A DNA stretch of 64,000 bases, from positions 4,643-68,642 of the forward strand of contig JAJZJL010000002.1 in NCBI GenBank assembly GCA_021810145.1. Reading direction: 5' to 3'. Of this stretch, positions 37,691-47,805 are shown piece by piece. Each line of letters opens with the position of its first letter. Within the stretch, counting starts at the first letter, position 1. The notes under the pieces were generated by a model. The model was not told the DNA's origin. It was given only the letters and a program-made list of their open reading frames with translations, and did no database searches. The translations under genes were made by a program, and so were the position numbers. Source of the stretch: Planctomycetota bacterium. Its GTDB lineage: Bacteria > Planctomycetota > Phycisphaerae > WQYP01.

Positions 37691-39403
37691 ATGGTGAATT
37701 TCGCACTGCTCAAAGAATTAGGCCTTGATGATCAGGCCGCATCCGTTGAAATCCAGAACAAATTTGAGAATATTGACGATGCTCAAATTGGCGGACTGCT
37801 GGAAAAAAGCGGCAACAGCTTTACCAACGGATCCATGCTTAAGGGAAAAATCGTTAATATTCGCGGGGATGATGTTGTTCTTGAAATCGGCCTCAAGAGC
37901 GAAGGCGTTCTGTCACTAATGCGCGAATTTGATGATCCGGCATCCGTGGAAGTCGGTGATGAAATCACCGTCCTGCTGGAGCAGGTGGAATCCGAAAATG
38001 GACTGGTACAAATTTCCAAACGCAAGGCCGACCGCATTATCGGTTGGGAAACCATTGTTAACACCAAAAAAGAGGGAGACCCGGTCAGCGGCAAAGTTAC
38101 CCGCAAAATCAAAGGCGGCCTGCTGGTGGACATCGGCGTTCCGGTATTCCTGCCCGCTTCCCAGGTGGATATCCGCCGCCCGGCGGATATCGGCGAATTC
38201 ATCAACAAAACCATTGACGCCGAAATTCTTAAAATTGATCTTGAACGCCGCAACATTGTTATCAGCCGGCGCAAGCTTATGGAACGCCACCGCACCGAGG
38301 CCAAGCAGAAACTCTTTGATGAAATTGTCGTGGGACAGGTGCGGAAAGGTACCGTTAAAAATATTGCCGATTTCGGCGCATTTGTGGACCTTGGCGGGGT
38401 CGATGGCCTGCTGCACATTACCGATATGAGCTGGGGCCGCATCAATCATCCGTCCGATATGGTCAAGCTGGATGAGGAAATTGAAGTGGCGGTTCTGAAT
38501 GTGGACCGTGAAAAAGAAAAAATCGCCCTGGGCCTCAAGCAGAAACACGCTTCGCCATGGGAACACGTTGATGAGAAATATCCCATTGGCACCCGCATCA
38601 AGGGTCAGGTCACCAACATTATGAGCTATGGCGCATTTGTGAAGCTCGAAGAAGGTGTTGAAGGCCTTGTGCATATTTCAGAAATGAGCTGGACCAAACG
38701 CATCAATCATCCTGGCGAAATGCTCTCCGTGGGTGAAGAAGTTGATGTTGTGGTGCTGGAAGTCAATAAAGGCAAACAGGAAATCAGCCTCGGCGTTAAA
38801 CAGACCGAAGCCAATCCATGGACCGTTCTGGCTGAGAAATATCCTCCCGGAACCGTCGTCACCGGGAAGGTTCGCAACCTGGCCAACTACGGAGCCTTTA
38901 TCGAAATTGAAGAAGGCATTGACGGCCTGCTGCATGTCAGTGATATGAGCTGGACCAAGAAAATTGTCCATCCCAGCGAAATGATCAAGAAGGGCGATTC
39001 CATTCAATGCGTGGTTCTCAGCGTTGATCAGGAAAAGAACCGCGTGGCTCTGGGCGTCAAGCAACTGGCGGAAGATCCATGGCTGCACGCCATTCCGACC
39101 AACTACCACCCGGGCATGATCGTCAAGGGCAAAGTTACCAAGATCACCAACTTTGGCGTGTTTGTGGAACTTGAACCGGGTCTGGAAGGCCTGCTGCACA
39201 TCAGCGAACTTTCAGATAACAAAGTTGAAAATCCGCAGGACATGGTCAAACTCGATGACGAACTGGAAGTCAAGATTCTCCGTGTGGATATCGAAGATCG
39301 GAAGATCGGTCTTTCGCTCAAGCGAGCCCAATGGGGCGAAGAACGGGAATCTTCGGAATCGGAACGTCCGGCCAAGAAATACCGCGGTGGTCTGGAAGGC
39401 TGA
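37691..39403 (+). CDS. rpsA: 30S ribosomal protein S1.
   Basis: Six tandem S1 domains (repeated GxVxxIxxFGAFVxLxxGxxGLxHISE blocks). The N-terminus aligns with E. coli S1. ATG at 37691 chosen over the TTG at 37595. Confidence 0.92.
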   Translation: MVNFALLKELGLDDQAASVEIQNKFENIDDAQIGGLLEKSGNSFTNGSMLKGKIVNIRGDDVVLEIGLKSEGVLSLMREFDDPASVEVGDEITVLLEQVESENGLVQISKRKADRIIGWETIVNTKKEGDPVSGKVTRKIKGGLLVDIGVPVFLPASQVDIRRPADIGEFINKTIDAEILKIDLERRNIVISRRKLMERHRTEAKQKLFDEIVVGQVRKGTVKNIADFGAFVDLGGVDGLLHITDMSWGRINHPSDMVKLDEEIEVAVLNVDREKEKIALGLKQKHASPWEHVDEKYPIGTRIKGQVTNIMSYGAFVKLEEGVEGLVHISEMSWTKRINHPGEMLSVGEEVDVVVLEVNKGKQEISLGVKQTEANPWTVLAEKYPPGTVVTGKVRNLANYGAFIEIEEGIDGLLHVSDMSWTKKIVHPSEMIKKGDSIQCVVLSVDQEKNRVALGVKQLAEDPWLHAIPTNYHPGMIVKGKVTKITNFGVFVELEPGLEGLLHISELSDNKVENPQDMVKLDDELEVKILRVDIEDRKIGLSLKRAQWGEERESSESERPAKKYRGGLEG

Positions 39404-39433
39404 TTTCCAATCATCGCTTCGCATCCTTATTAA

Positions 39434-39468
39434 TCGGGCGCGGGTTGATCCCCGTGCCCGTTTTTTTT
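39434..39468 (+). terminator. Rho-independent terminator downstream of rpsA.
   Basis: CGGGCGCGGG-ttgatcc-CCGTGCCCG hairpin followed by T9. Confidence 0.65.
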
Positions 39469-39632
39469 TTAGCGCCTGTTTGAAAAGTCCGATGCGGGCT
39501 CATTGGCTTGGCAAATAGTTGGATGCAAGGACGCAGATCCGAAGGATATTCCGGAACATGTTGAGGATCGAGGACGCCGCAGACGGCCGTATGCCCCCCA
39601 AGGCGCTCCCGGTGGAGGTTCCAAACAGGCTA

Positions 39633-40835
39633 TTACAACCACCAGCGGAAGGAATAGGCCAATGTACTGACAAATCGCTGTTTGAGGGTGCGCTTTTCGC
39701 AGTCGGCAAAACGCACGCGGCGGCTGCGGCGCATTTCGTTGCGGGCAACACGAATGACCGCCTGGGCAAATGCCTGCGATCGAATCACAACCATAAATTC
39801 CAGATTAATGTACAAACTGCGCGGATCCATGTTGGCTGAACCGACTACCGTCCACTGACGGTCAATAACCATGGCCTTTGTATGCATAACACGGTTTTTC
39901 CGCTCATATAACCGTATCCTCAATTGCAGCAGTTTGCGATACAGATACCACGTTGCATACTGGGCGACGGGAACGTCCGTCAGGCTGGGAACCAGCACGT
40001 GCACGTGCACATTGCGGCGACGAGCCCGGATGATTTCCCGCATCACCCGGCCTACGGGAATAAAATAGGCCATCGCTATAACCACACTATGGTTGGCGGA
40101 TCGCAGCAATCGACGAAACACTCTTGGCGCGCGGCTGAATTTCAACCCGGGACCGGTATCAAAAAATTGAATCGACTCGTCCGACTGGCGAAGACTCACG
40201 CGCCGATAGTCGCGCGGCCGCCACGCCATTTTCTCCCCTTTAGCGTGCATCCATGACCGTTCAAAACTATCGGCCACTTCCACTTGTTGCGGGCCGGCCA
40301 GTCGAATATGCAAATCCCGCCAGGCCGCGCTCGGATCAACGGACGGATCCGTCGGTGATGCCCGGAACAGGCGACCATGATCATGAATATTCATGCCGCC
40401 AAAATAAGCGCAACATTCGTCAACAACCAGCAGCTTTCGATGATCGCGCCGATTAAGAATGATAAACGCGGCCACAGAGTGCAACGCCTCCTTAATCCGG
40501 TGATAGGCATGCACCTGCACGCCCGCCGCAGCCATTTTTCTGAATATTTCCGGATTGGTGTGCTGACTGCCCAATGCATCATACAGCAACCGCACATCAA
40601 GTCCCTCCTGAGCGCGGCGCTGCAGGGCATCGGCTATGGTATAGGAGGCCAGATCATCGGAATAAATATACGTTTCCAGCCAGACCCGGCTTTTTGCCGC
40701 AGCGATATCCAGAAGCATTGCTTCAAACAGCAGATGGGTTTGGGTAAACAATTCCAGCGTATGCCCCGCTGCCTCAACACGCGCCACGGCTCCGGGTGTT
40801 ACGGCGGCGGTGTCAGGTGAGGAGGACATATTCAT
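39633..40835 (-). CDS. cls: Phospholipase-D-family cardiolipin synthase (ClsB-like).
   Basis: Two HKD motifs (HRKLLVVD...GGMNI and HTKAMVIDRQWTVVGSANMD), ~400 aa. Confidence 0.85.
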   Translation of the reverse strand: MNMSSSPDTAAVTPGAVARVEAAGHTLELFTQTHLLFEAMLLDIAAAKSRVWLETYIYSDDLASYTIADALQRRAQEGLDVRLLYDALGSQHTNPEIFRKMAAAGVQVHAYHRIKEALHSVAAFIILNRRDHRKLLVVDECCAYFGGMNIHDHGRLFRASPTDPSVDPSAAWRDLHIRLAGPQQVEVADSFERSWMHAKGEKMAWRPRDYRRVSLRQSDESIQFFDTGPGLKFSRAPRVFRRLLRSANHSVVIAMAYFIPVGRVMREIIRARRRNVHVHVLVPSLTDVPVAQYATWYLYRKLLQLRIRLYERKNRVMHTKAMVIDRQWTVVGSANMDPRSLYINLEFMVVIRSQAFAQAVIRVARNEMRRSRRVRFADCEKRTLKQRFVSTLAYSFRWWL

Positions 40836-40859
40836 CAGGCTCGCTCCGGCGGCGCGATA

Positions 40860-41249
40860 TCAGCCCGCACACGGGGCATGGACCCGGGCGGGAACCAGGC
40901 AGATAAATTCAAAATTGTCCGCACCGGAATTACGGAACTGGTGCATCTCATTGGCAGGCACATAAACCACATCACCGGGTTTTAACGCCTTGGTGCCATC
41001 GGGAGTCAAGGCTTCACCTCGACCGGAGAGAATGAGCACTTCATGCTCATAATCGTGGTGGTGATGCGGTGTAAATCCGCCGGGTTCAACGGTAAATTTG
41101 CGCATGGCGAAATTCGGGCACTGTTCCAGCGGCCCCAGAAGCATACGCATGGTTACACGATTGGCTCCGGCCATGGTTACAGGCTTGGCCGGAACAGCAT
41201 CACTGCTTTTAATGATCATAGCACACTCCAGTTGCCCCGCGACGATCAT
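40860..41249 (-). CDS. Cupin-domain protein.
   Basis: Cupin motifs G(x)5HxH(x)3E (FTPHHHHDYEHEVLILSG) and PxGxxH (PANEMHQFRN). The true start may be an internal Met. Confidence 0.6.
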   Translation of the reverse strand: MIVAGQLECAMIIKSSDAVPAKPVTMAGANRVTMRMLLGPLEQCPNFAMRKFTVEPGGFTPHHHHDYEHEVLILSGRGEALTPDGTKALKPGDVVYVPANEMHQFRNSGADNFEFICLVPARVHAPCAG

Positions 41250-41258
41250 GCGCGGAAA

Positions 41259-41729
41259 TTACTGCGGATTCCCGCTGGATAGATCATAAATCCATGGTTC
41301 CATCGCCCGGTTAAAATCCAGTAATTCCTCGGGCTTGAAAAATCTGGCAACTTCCGCCCTGGCGGTTTCCGGAGAATCGCTGCCGTGAATCAAATTAAAC
41401 GCGCTGGATACGCCAAAGTCGCCGCGAATGGTGCCCGGTTCAGCTTTAAAACCGAACGTGGCACCCATCATTTTCCGGCTGACATCAATGATATTATTCC
41501 CCTCCAGCACCAGCAGCACCACGGGGCCGCTGGTCATAAATGCCACCAGCGAATCATAAAATGGTTTGCCCTTGTGCATGGCATAATGTTCGTGCGCCAC
41601 AGCCGGTGCAATGCGGGCAAGCTTCATGCCCGCAATTTTCAGCCCCTTTTGCTCGAAACGGGTGATAATGCTTCCAATGAGTCCGCGCTGCACGGAATCC
41701 GGCTTGAGAATAATTAAAGTGCGATCCAT
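41259..41729 (-). CDS. ndk: Nucleoside diphosphate kinase.
   Basis: MDRTLIILKPDSVQRGLIGSIITRFEQKGLKIAGMK and NLIHGSDS active-site His motif. Confidence 0.9.
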   Translation of the reverse strand: MDRTLIILKPDSVQRGLIGSIITRFEQKGLKIAGMKLARIAPAVAHEHYAMHKGKPFYDSLVAFMTSGPVVLLVLEGNNIIDVSRKMMGATFGFKAEPGTIRGDFGVSSAFNLIHGSDSPETARAEVARFFKPEELLDFNRAMEPWIYDLSSGNPQ

Positions 41730-41868
41730 AACCACGTTTGCTCCAACCCAATTAAATTCTGCACCGCCAAAACCTTTTCCGCGGTGCGTTCCATTGCGTA
41801 TATCCTAAGGTTTGGCATATTTCCGGCAAGTCTCGCCGGTTGGATCCGCCCGTTTCCGTTGGCCGTTG

Positions 41869-42579
41869 TCAATCAATAACCACCGCGCACAGATATTTCG
41901 GACCATGCACACCGGTAACCAGATTCATCTCAATATCCGCGGTTTTGCTCGGTCCGTTGATAATCACAACGTTCGACGCCATCCGCCCGCCGGTATCACG
42001 CAGCACATGCGGCAGCGCATCAATCATATCCGCCACAATGCGCACCGCCGGCACCAGAACAATATGCAGAGGAATGGTCAACGTGGTGGAGCGGCCAAAT
42101 CCGGGATCACTCCATACCATCAACGCTCCGCTGTCCGCCAGACCATAGCGGCAATCCGTAATGCCGGCATCACATTGAAATACCAGCTTTTCACAATCGG
42201 GATCGGTCCAGAGATGAATCTGATACCCTTGGGACTGCAGATGGCCGGCCACAGCGTCTTCCGGCAAATCCGCCAGATTGACCATAATGGATTTGACCGA
42301 TCGTCCGGCCAATAGTTCGTCAATGGCCGCATGAATCCCCTGCGGGTTGGTGCGCAGAACGGTCATGCCGTTGGCCCTGGCCTGCTGAATCCATCGGTCC
42401 ACACGTCGGGAATCGCCCGCGGGAACCTGCCGCACCAGTTTTTCCAGAATTTCCGGACGGGCGTCGGGGGCCGGCGGCGACCCTTGGGCGCTGTGGCCCA
42501 GGGCATGGCGCACGGAAGTGAGAAACTCCGCGCGACGCGCCTGATTGCTTTCGGAAATCTCTTGGGTACTCATCGCCAT
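41869..42579 (-). CDS. lutC: Lactate utilization protein C (LutC/YkgG, LUD domain).
   Basis: 236-aa LUD/DUF162-like protein, last gene of the three-gene lutA-lutB-lutC arrangement. Confidence 0.7.
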   Translation of the reverse strand: MAMSTQEISESNQARRAEFLTSVRHALGHSAQGSPPAPDARPEILEKLVRQVPAGDSRRVDRWIQQARANGMTVLRTNPQGIHAAIDELLAGRSVKSIMVNLADLPEDAVAGHLQSQGYQIHLWTDPDCEKLVFQCDAGITDCRYGLADSGALMVWSDPGFGRSTTLTIPLHIVLVPAVRIVADMIDALPHVLRDTGGRMASNVVIINGPSKTADIEMNLVTGVHGPKYLCAVVID

Positions 42580-42615
42580 GATGTTATCACTTTCTTTGAC
42601 CGCTAAAACCCGAAC

Positions 42616-44088
42616 TTACTTTCCACGCTGCTGGCTGGCGCGGTATTGTTTATAGGCGTATCGGAAATCATGTTGGGGCGGCATCGGAAAATCCCGATGC
42701 GCGGTCCACCCCTGAGCCGGAGGCGGCAATTTTCTAATCCAGCCATCCTTCTTTCCGATTGCGCGCATCATCAGGCGCTGGGCGATTTGCCCGAGGCGGT
42801 AGCTCCAGCCATGCCGCAAGCCCCAGGCCCACAGCTTGAAAACAATTCGTTCCGGAGCGCTGGTAATGCCCTTTTCCACCTGATCTCGTTTTAATTTGAT
42901 CAGAAACTCGGGAATATTAATTTTCACCGGGCAGGCCTCAAAACACGCGCCGCACAAACTCGACGCATGAGGCAAATGTTTGTGATTTTCCAGTCCGTTA
43001 AACAGCGGCGTTAATAATGCGCCAATCGGCCCCGGATACACGCTGCCATATGTCCGCCCCCCCACCTTGCGGTAAATCGGGCAGGCATTAAGACACGCAC
43101 CGCACCGGATACATCGCAGCGTATCGCGGTATTCACCGGCCAGTATCTTCGTGCGGCCATTATCCATAATAATGAGATGAAATTCCTCCGGTCCGTCGTG
43201 CTCGCCGGGCCGCCGGCAACCGGTGATGATATTCGTGTACTGCGTTAAAGCCTGCCCGGAAGCCGACCGCGCCAATAGTTTCAGAAACACCGGCAGATCA
43301 TCCAGGGACGGGATGATTTTTTCCATTCCCATCAGCGCAACATGAATCCGCGGCCGCGTGGTACACATGCGGCCATTGCCTTCATTGGTGCATAACACAA
43401 TCGAACCGGTTTCAGCAATGGCAAAGTTCACACCGCTGATACCCATATCCGCCTGGTTAAACCGATTGCGCAAATACACCCGGGCCATTTCCGCAAGTTC
43501 CTGCGGATTATCCGTAAACGGCGTTTTGAAATAGCGCTCAAATACCCGTCCGATCTCGGTGGCATTCTTGTGTATGACCGGCATGACAATATGCGTGGGA
43601 TGATCGTGATCCACCTGCAGAATAAATTCACCAAGGTCCGTTTCCAGCGGTTCAATGCCGGCGGCGACCAGGGCTTCATTAAGCTCCGTTTCCTCACTGA
43701 CCATGCTTTTGCTTTTCACCACCAGCTTGCTGCCGGTTCGCCGGGCGATATCCACAATCAGCTCATTGGCCTGTTCCCGGGTGCTCGCGAAATAGACCCC
43801 GCCGCCATGTTTGATAACATTGCGTTCCAGAAGTTCCAGATAGTAATCCAGATGATCCAGCGTGTGGCGCTTAATCGTTCCGGCCAATTGCCGCAGGCCG
43901 TCGGCATCGGGCAGTTCCGCGAGACTGCCGCGGCGGCCATAATCCTTTTTGGTTACGGAATTATCCAGCGCCGCATGCAAAGCCGCATCCGCTGATGCGC
44001 TGTGGGCCTCACTGAGAAAATCGGGGTGAAATACCGGCAGAGACATGCGACGTTTGGGTGATTTCGGGGATTCAAGCTCGCTGATCAT
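42616..44088 (-). CDS. lutB: Lactate utilization protein B (LutB/YkgF), iron-sulfur protein.
   Basis: 490 aa with two 4Fe-4S motifs (CIRCGACLNACPIYRKVGG; CGACFEACP) and a LUD domain. Confidence 0.85.
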   Translation of the reverse strand: MISELESPKSPKRRMSLPVFHPDFLSEAHSASADAALHAALDNSVTKKDYGRRGSLAELPDADGLRQLAGTIKRHTLDHLDYYLELLERNVIKHGGGVYFASTREQANELIVDIARRTGSKLVVKSKSMVSEETELNEALVAAGIEPLETDLGEFILQVDHDHPTHIVMPVIHKNATEIGRVFERYFKTPFTDNPQELAEMARVYLRNRFNQADMGISGVNFAIAETGSIVLCTNEGNGRMCTTRPRIHVALMGMEKIIPSLDDLPVFLKLLARSASGQALTQYTNIITGCRRPGEHDGPEEFHLIIMDNGRTKILAGEYRDTLRCIRCGACLNACPIYRKVGGRTYGSVYPGPIGALLTPLFNGLENHKHLPHASSLCGACFEACPVKINIPEFLIKLKRDQVEKGITSAPERIVFKLWAWGLRHGWSYRLGQIAQRLMMRAIGKKDGWIRKLPPPAQGWTAHRDFPMPPQHDFRYAYKQYRASQQRGK

Positions 44089-44840
44089 GAAACGTTTGCC
44101 CCCGCAGTATGTTCAATGGCCGCAGCGATAACCTGCGCAATATGCCGCACCTGAAAGGGCGCTTCCATCCGATGGCCGGCACCGCCGATATTCATGGCAC
44201 AGCCTCCGTCATTAACGATCATGGTTTGCGCACCGGTTTTTATGCCGCATTGCACCTTATCACGGACCATGGCACCACTGATATCGGAATATTTAACGGC
44301 AAATGTGCCGCCAAATCCGCAGCACTGCTCCGATTTTTCCAGTTCTGTAAACTGCACCCCGCCGATCTGCTTGAGCAAACGTATTGCCGGTTCACCGGTA
44401 GCGCCAAGGCCGCGCAGGTGGCAGGTAAAATGATAGGTGAGCTTTTCGTCTTTCGGCAGCGTCAGTCCGGTCAAATCCACCTTGAGTATCTTGGTCAGAA
44501 ATTCAACATACTCGTAGCACCGGGCGACAAAATCCTCCGCGAGCTTCCGCTGATCCGGATCGTCATGAAATAATTCAACGTAATGATCCCGTATCATGGC
44601 GCAGCATGACCCGGACGGCGTGACGATGTAATCCGCATCATGAAACACATCAATCATCTTCACGGCCAAAGCACGGGCTTCCGCGGGAAATCCGTTATTA
44701 AACGCGGGCTGCCCGCAGCACGTCTGGGCCGTGGGAAAATCAACGCTGCAACCAAAATGTTCCAGCGTTTTAACCACCGCCATACCCACATCAGGTGCGA
44801 ATAGATCGGTAAGGCATGTAACAAACAGGCAGACTTTCAT
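44085..44840 (-). CDS. lutA: Lactate utilization protein A (LutA/YkgE), CCG-domain Fe-S oxidoreductase.
   Basis: MKVCLFVTCLTDLF...AQTCCGQP and the second CCG motif (FTCHLRGLG...CCGFGG). ATGA overlap with lutB. Confidence 0.85.
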   Translation of the reverse strand: MKVCLFVTCLTDLFAPDVGMAVVKTLEHFGCSVDFPTAQTCCGQPAFNNGFPAEARALAVKMIDVFHDADYIVTPSGSCCAMIRDHYVELFHDDPDQRKLAEDFVARCYEYVEFLTKILKVDLTGLTLPKDEKLTYHFTCHLRGLGATGEPAIRLLKQIGGVQFTELEKSEQCCGFGGTFAVKYSDISGAMVRDKVQCGIKTGAQTMIVNDGGCAMNIGGAGHRMEAPFQVRHIAQVIAAAIEHTAGANVS

Positions 44841-44892
44841 GCGTTCATTATATAGCCAGCCAGAGAATCTGGCGAGAACCGACTATTTCATG

Positions 44893-44950
44893 CCAGGCCA
44901 AAGTTAAATTATCCATTACCTGACCAAAGTTAAATTGTCCTGCTTGGCGG
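44893..44950 (-). promoter_or_regulatory. Two direct repeats of AATTTAACTTTGG, 26 nt apart, in the lutA upstream region. The first is preceded by GGACAA.
   Basis: Reverse complement of 44893-44950 reads GGACAATTTAACTTTGGtcaggtaatggatAATTTAACTTTGGcc. The same motif family recurs at ~37420, ~50270, ~50901 and ~59990. Confidence 0.4.
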
Positions 44951-45150
44951 ACGCGTGCACGAGGCTTGTCGGGCCACCATGGCAAAACGCCTGCCATGCC
45001 GCGCGAAATAACGCAGGCGGCCGAGAATCCCAACCCGCGCCACTCCGCGCATAACTAACCGTGCATCTTTCGCAAGCCAGGCAACCTGAACCGGCTGATC
45101 CGCACCTTCAGTCCTTGCGTTTCCATCGCAAAACAAGTCCGCCGTAATAT

Positions 45151-46155
45151 TCATGCCTGCCGGAACTCGGGCAGTCCGGCTCGGCGTGCAATTTCTACGG
45201 CAAGATTCTTGAAATCTTCCCGCACGTTGCCAACCGCTTGCGTATGCGCGCCCAACGCTCCGTCAGCGGGCGTCAAATGGAACATCGGCTTCCGCGCCTC
45301 CTGTGCCAATGGCATAAGACTGCGGTAATCCTTTAGCTTGGCGATGCAGTTAGGATCATCCTCAATACCAACCACCCCCGCCCCCGTCTTCCCGAGCACG
45401 CTGTTTTCATAGGTGGCGGGAATCTTGGCGATCCAACGATCAAATGCCTGCACCGGCCGGTCCAGCCGGATAGAATGACGTATGACCATATATCCGATGG
45501 TTTTAATGAGCCCCTGTGGCAGTTCAACCGCGTTGTGCGGCTGCTTTGCCAATCGGTCCTGCCACTGCTGCCGCCATTCGCGAAGGGCCGGGCCGAGATT
45601 TTCCAGCCCCTGCAGAGAAAAAAGATCTGGCCCCAGGGGAATGACCACAAAGTCACAGCCTATCAGCGCCGCGCGATTGATTGCGCCCAGGTTAGGCCCA
45701 ACGTCCACAACAATGGATTTGGCCCCGAATCGCCGTGCGGCATTCTGCGTGATGCGCCAGAGCGCTGACACCACACGAAATGATCTTTCTCTACCATCCA
45801 GACATTTCGGCCAATCCTGCGCCAGTTCATCTTCGAAGCGCGAGAGCCTCATATCACCCGGAACAAGCGCCAGATTATCCGTAATGATTTCGTAATCGGG
45901 ATCCGCTATATCGCCGACCCCGTTGATCAGCGGTTCCAGACATTGGTAAACAGTGGATGCCCTTTCACTGTGCCAAAGCGTGGTCGCCAGGGTCTCTTCA
46001 TCAATGAACGCCGCGGTCAGATTACTCTGCGGATCAAGGTCCGCCGCCAGGACTTTCATCCCTGAATCGGAGAACATCCATGACAAATGATAAACCAGGG
46101 ATGTTTTACCGACCCCGCCCTTGTTGTTAAAAAAACCAATAACGGGAATACTCAT
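45151..46155 (-). CDS. ParA/MinD-family P-loop ATPase with a ~80-aa C-terminal extension.
   Basis: Deviant Walker A FNNKGGVGKTS, LDPQSNLT, and a hydrophobic Walker B (SIVVDVGPN). 334 aa. ATGA overlap with the upstream COG2865 gene. Confidence 0.75.
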   Translation of the reverse strand: MSIPVIGFFNNKGGVGKTSLVYHLSWMFSDSGMKVLAADLDPQSNLTAAFIDEETLATTLWHSERASTVYQCLEPLINGVGDIADPDYEIITDNLALVPGDMRLSRFEDELAQDWPKCLDGRERSFRVVSALWRITQNAARRFGAKSIVVDVGPNLGAINRAALIGCDFVVIPLGPDLFSLQGLENLGPALREWRQQWQDRLAKQPHNAVELPQGLIKTIGYMVIRHSIRLDRPVQAFDRWIAKIPATYENSVLGKTGAGVVGIEDDPNCIAKLKDYRSLMPLAQEARKPMFHLTPADGALGAHTQAVGNVREDFKNLAVEIARRAGLPEFRQA

Positions 46156-47348
46156 GAACGCTTCCTCAACACCACCGCAATGTGGAATTCTTCAACCTGA
46201 AAATCCGGTGAAGGATTGCCATTCCGTTCCATTTCCTGTCGGGCCTGCGCAATGCCGAACCCGAAGCGCTGCACATAACCCAGGTGCTTCATGGCCTCGG
46301 CGAGATAGCTGTTTCGGTAATCATTCGCCCCCGGACGACCAAAATTCTCCCGTGTGACGCGCCCAAATGGTCCGCCGGGGTTTTGAATCTCCACCCGGTC
46401 GGCAAACCACGTAATCCGGATCGGGGCGTTGGTCCCTTCATAACTGCGGTGCATGACCGCGTTTCTGGCAATTTGCTGCAATGCCACAAGCGGATAATCA
46501 GGCCGGCGGATCTCACGGTCGGCGGAAGTAAAGTCAATCGCGGTTTGAATGTTGATTTTCAGGAGTTCGTCGAGACTGTTCAGCAAGATCGGCAATGGAC
46601 CGCGGATTTCCCGGGAGTCAGAAATTGGATCGCCGATTTGTCCGCCGGCAATTCGAACAAACTGAATGTATGCACCTGGAATAAAGTCAGCAGGTTCGGT
46701 ACCGAGCACCAAAATCCCACAGTTAGTAGGGCGAACCGGCACTGGGGCGGCAGCAAGCCGAAGGGCCACGAGTTGCTCCTCCAGTGTCCGATGATTTTCA
46801 GCAAGCGTCTCCGGTGATATCGCCCGGGGCAGATAGACATCTCTGAACAGTTGTTTATCCAGATTCTCAAGCGTTGCCCTGTTTGCAGTTTGCAGATCGA
46901 ATGGCGTGTCCTTGAAGCGGCGCTTCTCCACCAGCAGGTGTTCCTGCTGCTGCGACGCGATGGCCAGGCGCGGACCGATGCGGACCCACGCTGTTCCACG
47001 ATAGCGCACCGGCGGAGCCTCCGCAGGCTCCACGACGATGACAGCCACATCCCGGCCGCCGAGCACTTTTTTCTGAACCGTTATGTGCGGCAGCGGCAGG
47101 ATATTGCCATCCGTGGCTGTATCGGCAAGTGTCAGCAGCAAACGTTCCGTTATCTCCAGTCCGGCCGATTGGCCATCATCCTCAACACCGATAAAGATCG
47201 CGCCGGGCTTTCTATGGTCGGGCAGGTCGTTGGCAAACGCGCAAAGTGTTTTGCGAATTCCATCCATGTTGGAAATATCCCGCTTCCGCTCCGCGCGGTC
47301 TGATTCCGTTTCAGCAAGCAGATTTTCAAGCTCGGCATCACTTAGCAT
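46152..47348 (-). CDS. COG2865-type protein: N-terminal AlbA_2 (Schlafen-like) domain plus C-terminal HATPase_c_4 domain.
   Basis: ERKRDISNMDGIRKTLCAFANDLPDH...GAIFIGVEDDG (AlbA_2), and REIRRPDYPLVALQQIARNAVMHRSYEG...IRITWFADRVEIQNPGGPFG (HATPase_c_4). Start at Met36 (47348) with an AAAGGTG RBS. The listed ORF over-extends to 47453. Confidence 0.75.
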   Translation of the reverse strand: MLSDAELENLLAETESDRAERKRDISNMDGIRKTLCAFANDLPDHRKPGAIFIGVEDDGQSAGLEITERLLLTLADTATDGNILPLPHITVQKKVLGGRDVAVIVVEPAEAPPVRYRGTAWVRIGPRLAIASQQQEHLLVEKRRFKDTPFDLQTANRATLENLDKQLFRDVYLPRAISPETLAENHRTLEEQLVALRLAAAPVPVRPTNCGILVLGTEPADFIPGAYIQFVRIAGGQIGDPISDSREIRGPLPILLNSLDELLKINIQTAIDFTSADREIRRPDYPLVALQQIARNAVMHRSYEGTNAPIRITWFADRVEIQNPGGPFGRVTRENFGRPGANDYRNSYLAEAMKHLGYVQRFGFGIAQARQEMERNGNPSPDFQVEEFHIAVVLRKRS

Positions 47349-47805
47349 TACAAACACCTTTGTGTTTTCCCGGTCCGTTCCTTTGGACCAGACCGGATTA
47401 TTGTGGCATTCTACAGGATAATGGCCCAACCGGCAGCAGGGCGACGCGTGCAACGGAGGAATGGTAATGTTTCCGCAAGTTCGCAGTCCCGATGCCTAAC
47501 GGGAGGAGGCATCCTATGGCCGTTCGTCGCGGACGCGAAGCCAATGTGACCGACGATTCCGTTCTTGATATCGGCCAATGCGTAAGGCGTCAGCCCCCCG
47601 CCGTTTGCCCGCCGCGTTAGTTGCCCCGTCCCCATTGCGACAATAATGTAAATGCCCAACCCGGCGATTGCGTGGCGCATCACACCGCGCTTCCCCAAAA
47701 AATCGCGCAAGCCTCGATAGCACCAAAGCGCAATTCCCGCAACTGGATGGCCGGAACAAGCACTTGTCCAATGACTGAAGACCGGGCCGGTGGAAATGTG
47801 CGGGT

